Source: Styela clava (taxonomy: Eukaryota). From it: a DNA stretch of 64,000 nucleotides. The notes under the pieces were generated by a model. The model had not been told where the DNA came from. It saw nothing but the letters and a program-made list of their open reading frames with translations, and searched no databases. A program made the translations under genes and the position numbers. Below are positions 55,201-64,000 of the stretch, one piece after another. Position 1 is the stretch's first letter. Every line of letters begins with the position of its first letter. Location: contig NC_135260.1 of assembly GCF_964204865.1 (NCBI RefSeq), forward strand, positions 14,570,001 to 14,634,000, in the 5' to 3' direction.

Positions 55201-58200
55201 CTTTGAGTCGCACGAACAATGATGCTTTGTGAAATACAATTAGCCAGAATAGGCTCATTTTTGTTTTATGGAACGTGATAATACCAACTCTACGGACGTT
55301 TTCATCAAATCGCATAGGATATAAAGCTAGAGAATTTTCAAAAAAATCATTCTGCTGCAGCACCGTGCATATAGAACGAGTAAGCCTTGCTCGACACGTA
55401 AGAACACCATAAGATTTCCTTGTCATTCCCACACATTTGAAAATCATATTTTTAACTTTACACTATCTGAGCAGTGCACCTTATGCATATATACGATTTT
55501 GTCGATGATAAACTGATTATTTTAAATCAGCGCGAAGCCTAATTCCACAAAACATAGAAAAACTCACCTAAGTATGTAGCTGATATAAATTCAGAGACTT
55601 GATTTCCTGATTTGCTACTTTCGGAAAGATGATTCAACTCGCGGTTCAGCATTCTCTTGAACTGTAAAAGGAAATGATATAAGAGTCATATACTATAGTC
55701 GGTTCATCAGAGTCTTAGACAATGATATTGTTCTAAGGCAAAATGCATAAAAGCAATGGCGATGAAACATGACTGTGAAATTTGATGAAAAAAACACATA
55801 AATCTTGATGATATCGATTCGTTCACGTTCAATAATTTCACCCAGTCGCGCGCAGACTCGAACAAAAAATCGTTTCGTTCGCGACCAATATTTTAATTCT
55901 ACCGGAGAAAAGAGCGTTTCGTTCGCGTTCAAGATCGTAAAAATGAAAGTCAAGTTCAATATTCAGCTGAATTACTATAAAACAAATATAAGTCGTTTCG
56001 TGCATTCATTAACTTCGCCTGTGCTTGTTTTCACATCGAATTTCAATTTTATGGGCTCATAGTCCGTATTTGAGAAACCCGGGTAGTAAAATGAAATAGT
56101 CTTGGACCGTGAAGACAAACACACCATTTTAATGTGTTTGTATAACCGTATGTGTAACATACCCTAGGTCAGTGTTCCAAATCTGACTCGCATGTTTTTT
56201 CATCAAAAACCTAAATGCTATTGATTCTAATTTGAAGTAAATTTTATTGTTAATTATATAATTATTAGTAATTATATTTGTGGGGAGTATTACAGCGTAA
56301 AAACTAGGAGGCATATATTTTGCTCAAATAGAGAAACGCCTCGATCTGAAAAAATCGCTGATCGCAAACAAATAATAATGTTGAAACAAAAAATAAGTAA
56401 ATAAATATTATGCAAAAATTATTGTTTTTTGGATTAGTAATTTAATTTTGCGGCCAGAGAAGTACAACATGTAGTTTGGTATTCACGCATATCATTGGGT
56501 TGCGAGATTATACGAAATTCATTATGTACATAATCTAGGTCGCTTGAAGAAATGGCTTGAAGACACTGCTCCAGGAAACAAAATAAAAACGAAATACATA
56601 ACGTATTTGTTCTGTGAGTGGGCAGACCACAGATGTCCGACAATGTTCAAACGTCATTTTGCCAGTTATATAAGATTGATGAAATCGATATAAAACACTA
56701 TTTACACAGCTAATAGCTAAATAACCAACAACATTTAGTACATACAGCTCTGTGAAACAACACGCGATCGTAAACGTAAACGAAAGAATCTACATCAGAA
56801 ATTTCTCAATCCCATTTTCTCAAATTTCACATGGAAGTCTGAGGTGTGTATTTCTTAATCCTTTATGAATTGGATGGCTCGAAACTGCCAGCGTAATGGT
56901 ATTTTCGAAAAAAAAAATAGGTTTCGGGTAATTTTTGATGCAAATGAATCGAAATTGAATTGTTGAATGTAAATGAATCGATTCAAGGGGGACTACAGAA
57001 ATGAAAATAACTACGAAAGGTATACATGATGCACTGCATTATGGCCGATGGACTTACGGCAGTTCAGGTTGATACGATTAGGAAAATAGCTGTTGAGTGG
57101 TGAATTTCACAATTTAGAATTACCGATCCTTTATAAATACTGATATTCATGTTTGCCTATTTGGGTTGACTTTACCTTGTTCGACGCCATATCACTGACA
57201 GAACGATGTGTTTGCACTGTTTCTAGTTGATCGAGACACCAATCTAATTCCTCTAAAGTTTCCAATGATTGTTTTTTGAATTCTTCGGTACCTGATAAAA
57301 TGAAGGCAAATTTTTAAGATAAATTTGAAGTTAAAAAAAAAAGGGATAACCGTGTGTATAATAAACATGTGATGTTCATTCTTTTTGGTGGGGGGAACCC
57401 CAATGAAACATTCCAGAAGCTTGAGGAAGTGGGAATAGAAAAATCGAGGAACTATCTTATTCGCAAGGCTGTGGAGTGGTAGAAAATTTACAATCGACTA
57501 CAACTTTGGATTGAAAAATATTTTGGCTCAAACTCAAAATCAATTCCAGCTCCAAAACTCCACAAAAATCAAATTGTGACAACGTAAAAGTTTTGCCGAA
57601 TGCAAGCCTTCTTTGATGAACTGCTAAGATCACTAAGTTAAGTTAATGCATTCTCAGTTTTAGTAGAAGGTTTTGACTTGTCACCATTGAAAGTTTGCAA
57701 CTCTGATTTAGAGTTCGAAATTATAATATTTGACATGGGTTCCGACTACAGTGAAAACATGCTCAACTTCGACCCCCATACCCCTGCTTATTCGACCCGT
57801 ACCAATCCGACGATAATATATATGTATAGTCTCACACACAGCTAACTGTCATCCATGGATCAAACATGATTTACACATCGAAAGTATGAGCCTCTGGTTC
57901 ATAAAAATATGTATGGTAAAAATATGTAACCACAATATGGTTTCAATAGTTATGAAGTAAAATGTCATACCGTATACAAAGGCTGGAGTGGGTGTTTGCT
58001 GCCCACTAGCGGTGAAAGTAGGACTGCTGACGCGAGGTGTTTGTCCTACCGGAGATCGTCTGAAAAAAATACATTATTTAGTGATTTGGTATCCAAGTTT
58101 AACAAAATGAAGTTTTTCATGGGTATATCTTTTTTTTCAAATATTACATATCAATCATATGTCTAATTATATGACGATTACTTCTAATCGTTAAAATAGC

Positions 58201-61200
58201 GGATGAATTTCAATGGATTCCGTAGATTTCAAACTAACATTCATAAGCACCGAGATAATTAGCGCTTCAAGTTGTATAGCCATACAAATATAGCTAATTT
58301 TAAATCATTTTAAAATCCTTTTCTGTGAGTATGCAAGGATATAGATATAAAAAGTATGGTTTGATTGAGTTATAATAAATTGATAAAACGAGATTTCACA
58401 GAAAATTGAAAAATTACACATTGATCTGACAATAAATTCTATTACACTTGATCATGATTTGAATGCAAACCTCTTGTTTCCATTTCAAAATTCCTTATTT
58501 TTAATAATTTAATCACTGGTTTGTGCAAATGCTGAAATCACATAGCTTACCTTGAGTTTGTAGGATTTGCGGAAGTAAGCATCATGAAATCATTTCGAAT
58601 TCGGCGTAGACTGGCAAGAACCTGAAGAAAAGATAAAATCAAATGTTTGATGGGAATATATGTGTGGCGTCGGACTTGTTTTTACTAGGGTCGGGGAGTA
58701 GAATGTTCATACTGTCGGAGTCGGAATTTCATACTTCCAATGATGATATTGAAAGACACATATTGTTTAAGAAACTAAAAAGGCATCCATTTTACTAAGC
58801 ATTCTTATCAACCTATTTAAAAAAGGCTTGCAAAGCCCCATGTTTTTGTCATCAAAATTTGATTTGGGTAGGTTCGTAATTGATGTTGGATATTGAACTT
58901 TTTTCTACCAGGATTCGACAATTTTGAGTCGACATTGTGAATTTTTCCTGATTCCAAAGCCCTGTTATGGGATGATCAATGTATTATATGATGCCGGCAC
59001 GAATAACAACAAACCAATAGTGCCATCTAGTGGACCGTCTAATTCTAATATGAGCTAAAAAGCATGTTACGAATTTCCTCAAACAAGGATTCGGTATACC
59101 AGGCAAACCGGGGAGCATTTTATTTATTATATTTGCGTTAAGAGAAGCGAATCGATGCTTGTTTCCATCACTGAGGAATTTCGTCCCGGGAACTCATTAC
59201 AAAGCGATACTTTGTATTCAAACAGTGGAAGATAAAAAATAAAAATGCTGTGATTGAAAAGCACGACATACCTGTGCAAATGGAGTGACGATGAGGTCTT
59301 CCCCGCCATGTCTGAAAATGAAAAAATTGATTAATTAAAGAACGTGTGCAGCGCAACGTAACATCCACACATTTTCCGCACAAACTAACCGAATATATAT
59401 CAGTATCACTCTGAAAATTTTTCTAATCGGAAGTATAGTATAAAAATCCAAGCAACAATACCAACCAGACGTTTTTTTATTACTCGCATAGAAAAGCTGA
59501 AAAAATATGTCAAATTTAAAATTTACGAATTATGACTTGGGCGAGTCCATTAATAAGAAAATAGTGGGTATAGGCGATCTGCATACATACATTAGCATCG
59601 TATTAAATTCAATGATACAATAACAACATAAAAAACAAAAATATAATAAAACAACAAGTATTGAATGCAAATTTTTGCGACATATTGAAGGAAGTATAGA
59701 TACGGTTGGATGTGAGGAAGAGGCAATTATGAAAATACATTTAAAATATGTAGCTATCGAGTTCGAAAGTATTTGAATAATCCGGCTACTTTAGCCAATG
59801 AGTATAAAAACAATTCCAGTTAGAACAGGGTATCCAAACAACTAGTAGTATCCGGTTACGGGTCATAAATAGACGATAATAAAATGGAATTAAAAAACAT
59901 TACTTTGATTATCCATACGGCTTACTAAATATTTATACAATATAACCGCGATATTACTAATTACAAAGCAGAACTTAAACAGTCACAAAACAAAGCAGAA
60001 ATTAAATAGTCACAAAGTCTTAAGTTATCGATCACATATGATTAGTTAGCCCCTAAAGGTGTATTAAATGACGAAAAATAATTGAATAAACACTGAAGAT
60101 ATATTGAGAACTGACGCCGTAACAAAATTGAAATTGTAACGGGACTTTATGAACACCCTGTATCTTTCATACAGCCGTGTTATTAAAAAAAATAGCCTGC
60201 GCTTTCCAATACCGGCGCAAAGTTGTTGCTATTGTTCTTGGTTCACATTGAGCTATAATGTAACATAGGTTTCCAGTTTAAGCCAATGTGGGTAACATTC
60301 GCATGTTGGGTTCATTTTGCTGAACGCGAAGCAAGTTGTTAGTTCGCTTTTCAAGGTATATACAGGGTGTCTTGAAGTAAATGAAACGCATTAATTCGAT
60401 TACCAATTGTGTCGGTTTCATTTAGTTTGGAACACCATACATATATATATATAAGGGATGATATCACGAATTGAACGAAAATACAGGGTGAGCCACAAAA
60501 CCGAGCGCTCCCGTAGTATGTGCACCAAGATGGCGCACAACCCGAACCCTAACCTGTTACTCATACTAGGTTCAAGTTGTGCGCCATCTTGGTGCACATA
60601 CTACGGGAGCACCCAAAGCAGAACCCATATATTTCTTAATTATTTCTACGAAAAGAAGGGAAATTTATTTCACCCTTGAAATACTGTTGTGTTCTCTCTA
60701 AAACATGTTTTAAATGATTAGGATTCTGTTTATTTAGTCATTTCATATGAACAAATCTATTTTTATTGGATAAAACGCGCCTGATTTATAACATTACACG
60801 TCGAGTGCACGATCATGGAAAATATCATTTTTTTTAAACAGAAGGCGAACCGATGGTAACCTCAAACTATAGACACACCCGTTTCAAATACTTCATCTGA
60901 TCATATTTAGGAAAGTTAAATGGCGTCAATTAAATTCTAAAATACTATTATTGTAACGTATAAAACTGGTTAAATAGAAAACTAACTCGAATTCGATTTA
61001 TCGCAGTTATTCACACAAAATTTCCACAAAGTTTACTTACGGTTCCAAGTCGGTAATCTTTCGTTTGCGTATGGTTTTATCGGCCATGGATGAAAGAGAG
61101 GATACACAATTTCTAATGATCTCTAATAGATTCAACGTTGTCAGCATATCAAGCAAATACAGTATACCAATACCACGGAAGTTAAATTTGCAATATAGTT

Positions 61201-62765
61201 CATGCAAAAATGACCGACTTAATTTTTTCCGGGTTTTGCATAAATTCTTTTTTTCACTTTGGTGATTCAACAATTACAAAAAATTAATACATACATCAAA
61301 CAGGTTGCGCATTTATTGTTTTGTTATTTTGTTCGGTACGCTACAGATTAAATCGGTTTTCCGGAAATTAGCAATACAATCAGCTTACCCCAAAACAAAA
61401 ACAGTCAACCTACACTGCAGAAAAAAACGTATGTTCGTGGCAATATGACGATTAATTTTGCAGATTATAACTCAAAGTAATGACTACTCATGAATGTACT
61501 ACTCGTCATCAAATAATTGTGAAATCACATTATATTCTACATGTTTTTTTTTTCTAAGTATCTGGCGAATAAGGAAATAGATGCTGAACGCTCCGTCCAC
61601 TGTTTACTTTACACATTATTTCATTTTAACTAGAGATAAATAAAATGTAATTTGAAATTTTGAATATTCTGAGCTAAAGTTTTAACTGCCTAGAATCAAA
61701 ATTTGACTAAATTCCGAACTAAATTTGAGTAAATGCGAAGACAAATTTCCTATATTTCAAAAGCTTTCTTTTTTTTAAGCAGCACTCTACTATCTCAATC
61801 GACCTAATAGAGTTTGGTAAAGGATTCCAATGCAAGTGAAATGCTATCATATTTATTATATTAATTTGGTATTCCGATTCACCTAGTCATGTGTTATGGT
61901 TGAAAATTTATAATAGCTTTTGTGCTTCGTGATAGAATCGTGACAGATTATGTTAAATTTAAAAGCACACTGGTATTCGTACATATTTTAAAGCAATATC
62001 TACAGCGGCCACAGTAGTGCCATTTGCATAGAATGTACAAGGTGACCCGAAAAATAGACCCATGGTATTTGGACATATGATAGAGAGAACATAACTTTTG
62101 TGCAAAACGTCCTAAATTACTGAAACGTTTAGGTACAATCATAAACAACATTAAAGGGTTTTAGTTTTTTAGGTCATACATGAGTGAGCTTAAAGTAAGT
62201 TCAATAACATATCTAACATACATAATATGCAGTTAAAGTTCGTACGACCTCTGGTACGTTTACAGTCATCGTAAAAACCAAAACATATGGTAAATAAGGA
62301 GCGGTCACGAATCCTTACTCGAAATTGTATCATTTCTGGGAAATCGAGAAGATATATACTTGTAAATAAACATAAATCTAATCATTGTGCAAATACGCTT
62401 TACCGCAAGTGAAAAAATAAACAACCGATTGAAAATGACGATTCTATGATGCGATTTAGGGAACGCAGGAAAACAGTTCAGATGTAGATTGTAGAGAAGC
62501 CAACATTGTCAAAAACCTGCGAAGAGTGCGAATTCATCAAAAAAAAAATACTTCAAAGTACACTTACGTATCGCTGACAATAGAAGAAGCCCTAGATGCC
62601 ACTTTAGGCGACTGTTGATCGAATTCAGCATCTGATCTATAGAGAAATGATTCCCGTCGTTGACTATGAGCTTGAGTAGCTGGATGAAGAATGAGGCCTG
62701 ATCCTGGTGAGGACTGAGAGTCCATTGGTACTCTGCCGGGTGCAATTCCATTTTCGACGTCAAAG
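21957..62765 (-). CDS. PDE4: cAMP-specific 3',5'-cyclic phosphodiesterase 4, long form; 15 exons, 5' exon not in window
   Basis: Hand-spliced exons with AG/GT boundaries and consistent phases: 62765-62568, 59311-59272, 58621-58551, 58059-57971, 57291-57176, 55661-55568, 26921-26778, 26027-25927, 24532-24431, 24291-24130, 23929-23830, 23745-23591, 22921-22616, 22502-22372, 22239-21957 (2092 nt, ~696 aa). Motifs: UCR1 [12 protein letters not shown] and [16 protein letters not shown]; UCR2 [14 protein letters not shown] and FKRMLNREL; catalytic [39 protein letters not shown]; C-tail KFQF. Confidence 0.97.
22372..22502 (-). CDS. PDE4: PDE4 catalytic exon, C-terminal helices
   Basis: ctttag|[43 protein letters not shown]|gtaagc. 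Confidence 0.96.
22616..22921 (-). CDS. PDE4: PDE4 catalytic exon (306 nt)
   Basis: atccag|VLATDMSKH...[21 protein letters not shown]...[15 protein letters not shown]|gtaaat. Confidence 0.97.
23591..23745 (-). CDS. PDE4: PDE4 catalytic exon
   Basis: caccag|[51 protein letters not shown]|gtaagt. Confidence 0.96.
23830..23929 (-). CDS. PDE4: PDE4 catalytic exon (HD motif)
   Basis: ttttag|[33 protein letters not shown]|gtaagt; PDEase signature HDxxHPGxxN. Confidence 0.96.
24130..24291 (-). CDS. PDE4: PDE4 catalytic exon (HNxxH metal-binding motif)
   Basis: aacag|[54 protein letters not shown]|gtgagt. Confidence 0.96.
24431..24532 (-). CDS. PDE4: PDE4 catalytic exon
   Basis: tttag|[34 protein letters not shown]|gtaatg. 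Confidence 0.95.
25927..26027 (-). CDS. PDE4: PDE4 exon, linker region 2 part b / start of catalytic domain
   Basis: ttgacag|[34 protein letters not shown]|gtatgc; resembles vertebrate IPRFGV...LAK. Confidence 0.92.
26778..26921 (-). CDS. PDE4: PDE4 exon, linker region 2 part a
   Basis: ttctgtag|(D)[47 protein letters not shown](G)|gtacat; phase 1/1, completes the conserved TYLD. Confidence 0.85.
27600..28352 (-). CDS. Uncharacterised intronic ORF, 250 aa from first ATG (nested gene or PDE4 alternative exon)
   Basis: Longest ORF in the window (278 codons open), GC-richer than its flanks and on the same strand as PDE4. Contains RRYS, RRVS and RRSS motifs. Acceptor tract ttttattttgttccatagaatag at 28385-28407, promoter-like module upstream, AATAAA cluster at ~27339-27352 downstream. 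No recognisable domain. Confidence 0.6.
   Translation of the reverse strand: MQFCDMVIKYFANLKRPDSDDRYLTTEEWNLISRARSQKEAQAAVAVLKPKRFKSSHSKSSKKAKVAMSVCTANRRYSEQFMLPNNMKRRVSQARSINKPPSTRRSSLPVAATDDVNNNNYAAVIRPHSHPDINQTAEYHAHRICSHVASLASSLEKDTYFAAEGVSASWNAATRSFTVQLHKDFHADGRTTNGDLFQGDRPCLNGCIKHCYCYEPACARSITSTYFAYLSIVMYKLDSECVQFASESIF
28550..28635 (-). promoter_or_regulatory. Putative internal cAMP-responsive promoter (CRE, TATA-like, Inr) with short non-coding first exon
   Basis: TGACGTCA at 28628-28635, TATATTATTA at 28606-28597, TCAGTC Inr with +1 A at 28572 (TATA about -34), donor GAG|GTAGGA after 28550. Confidence 0.5.
44741..44895. repeat. Minisatellite, ~34-bp unit, ~4.5 copies
   Basis: Unit approximately GAACAGAGGTTTTCGGGACGGCATCACGGAATATG. 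Confidence 0.85.
49814..49940. repeat. Imperfect tandem duplication, ~75-bp period
   Basis: TTATCACAxGTAAGTTGAxATACT...ATTGTGCATTGAACT twice. Confidence 0.75.
55568..55661 (-). CDS. PDE4: PDE4 exon, UCR2 C-terminal half (94 nt)
   Basis: ttttacag|[32 protein letters not shown]|gtgagt. Confidence 0.96.
57176..57291 (-). CDS. PDE4: PDE4 exon, UCR2 N-terminal half
   Basis: ttttatcag|[38 protein letters not shown]|gtaaag. Confidence 0.96.
57971..58059 (-). CDS. PDE4: PDE4 exon, linker region 1
   Basis: ttttcag|[29 protein letters not shown]|gtatga; phase 2/1 bridges the neighbouring exons exactly. Confidence 0.88.
58551..58621 (-). CDS. PDE4: PDE4 exon, UCR1 C-terminal part
   Basis: ttcag|[23 protein letters not shown]|gtaagc. 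Confidence 0.95.
59018..59036 (-). promoter_or_regulatory. CTCF-like motif in a PDE4 UCR1 intron
   Basis: Minus strand GGTCCACTAGATGGCACTA matches the CCACYAGRKGGCRC core; motif match only. Confidence 0.4.
59272..59311 (-). CDS. PDE4: PDE4 exon, UCR1 (40 nt)
   Basis: ttttcag|[14 protein letters not shown]|gtatgt. Confidence 0.95.
60503..60614. mobile_element. Palindromic MITE with perfect 35-bp inverted arms
   Basis: 60507-60541 is the exact reverse complement of 60576-60610; the spacer contains AACCCTAACC. Lies among TACAGGGTG Tc1/mariner-like ends (60154-60162, 60361, 60482). Confidence 0.8.
62568..62765 (-). CDS. PDE4: PDE4 exon, UCR1 N-terminal part
   Basis: cacag|C TTT GAC... translates [65 protein letters not shown]|gtaagt; contains the PKA site RRESF. 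Confidence 0.96.
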
Positions 62766-62987
62766 CTGTGAAAAAATAGAGACTAATAAATAGGGGTCAA
62801 AGGTTGGGTGGAACAAGGAAATTTATTGATTTATGAAATCGGTAGGCGTACATGCATAAATTTATTCGTATAATCAGATATCCCTTCCAACCTCGTTCTA
62901 CCAGAATTATTGAGTACCCAAATTTGATACACATGATTATATTAAAGAGATAAAACATTCTTAAAAAACACAATATTCTCGAACACA

Positions 62988-63093
62988 ATCAAGAGGCAAA
63001 TGAACTGAGAGTCGAATGAAAATTGGGAAAATCAATCCGTATCAAGAGGCAAATGAACTGAGAGTCGAATGAAAATTGGGAAAATCAATCCGT
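62988..63093. repeat. Perfect 53-bp tandem duplication
   Basis: ATCAAGAGGCAAATGAACTGAGAGTCGAATGAAAATTGGGAAAATCAATCCGT twice. Confidence 0.95.
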
Positions 63094-64000
63094 ATTACGG
63101 CGCGAAATTTCGTGGAAACATGGCAACATCGTCGCCATGTTTAATTGTTTTAGCACAACAGTATATAAATTGTCCTCTCTACAGCATATAGCACAAGATT
63201 GACAATTACGCCAATGCACAGGGAAGCGAAATTATACGTCAACATCCGTTGTACATTAGTTTTCGGTTTGCATATAAAGGATTTCATAATACGGGTTTAG
63301 ATCAAAGCAGTATGATGCGCACGGAACAAAAAAAAAATACGACCCATACACAATTGACCACGGTACACAATGGTAGAAAAACATTTTGTCGTAAACATTT
63401 TCAAAACAGAAAGCGTGGTTATACACAAACAGATTTATCTGTTAATGCTATCGCTTGCTTGTTATCATCCGACGACTTAGACCTACTTTTGGACAAACAG
63501 ATGATTCCACAAAACGGGCTAGATGCTTATAAAGAAAATGCTGCAATAAAAACTCTTTTATATAATATTTTTATTAAGTTATACACTCCAGTTCTGCGAA
63601 TGTGACGACAGTATTTCGAAACGAAATTTTTAAATAAAATTAAAAAAGTTTCATTTTTTTGAACAATGATTGAGCGTAAAAACAACAACTCGAGCGCTAC
63701 ACGCAATTATTTCGTCATCAATTTTCAGTTTGGGATTAACTCAAACCGCCAAGAATGCCCCCCTTGGTCGCATCGTCGACAAGTTGCAACACATTCGTCG
63801 GGCTATGACGTCAATGCAACGTATTAGCTTTGAAGGTTCAAGGTTTGGGAATATATGAGAGACAGCGTATACTGGCTCAAATCTGCATAACGCTGTAGGA
63901 ATTTCGAATCCGTCACGGTACGAAACCCATGAGACCATTACGATGGCGAAACAAAAGTGACTTTTCTCGCACCCTGACAGTGCACATTTCGACTTTACCA

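Noticed and set aside
54871-55447. Two overlapping minus-strand ORFs just after the UCR2 exon as an alternative terminal exon
   Set aside because: The nearest acceptor (ctcag, ~55467) reads DSVKLKI-stop in the PDE4 phase and does not enter either ORF.
62509-62763. 84-aa [15 protein letters not shown]...
   Set aside because: Off-frame shadow of the PDE4 UCR1 exon.
63741-63938. 65-aa ORF as the PDE4 long-form first exon
   Set aside because: No phase-2 donor in frame before its stop.

Overview
AT-rich eukaryotic (animal) genomic DNA with GT-AG spliceosomal introns. It is probably from an invertebrate chordate such as an ascidian, but that is an inference from intron positions and repeat style. 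Two multi-exon protein-coding genes were reconstructed by hand, both on the minus strand, and most of their exons are invisible or out of frame in the ORF track. (1) A complete 8-exon LETMD1-like gene (10653-6205, 372 aa). (2) Fifteen exons of a long-form cAMP phosphodiesterase PDE4 (62765-21957) with UCR1, LR1, UCR2, LR2, catalytic domain and C-tail; its first exon is probably outside the window. The first ~20 kb is rich in transposon debris: an Academ-type element with ~410-bp TIRs and a TAT target-site duplication, a Helentron-like element nested inside it, a 5'-truncated CR1/L2-group LINE, hAT remnants and tandem repeats. The most interesting signal is inside the 28.6-kb PDE4 intron between UCR2 and the catalytic exons. 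There, a CRE-TATA-Inr promoter-like module precedes an unexplained ~250-aa ORF with three PKA consensus sites, and its splice phases are compatible with the flanking PDE4 exons. The PDE4 protein also carries unusual substitutions in the substrate/inhibitor pocket and lacks the UCR1 MK2 phosphosite. Comparisons with known proteins and repeat families are from recall; no database searches were run.
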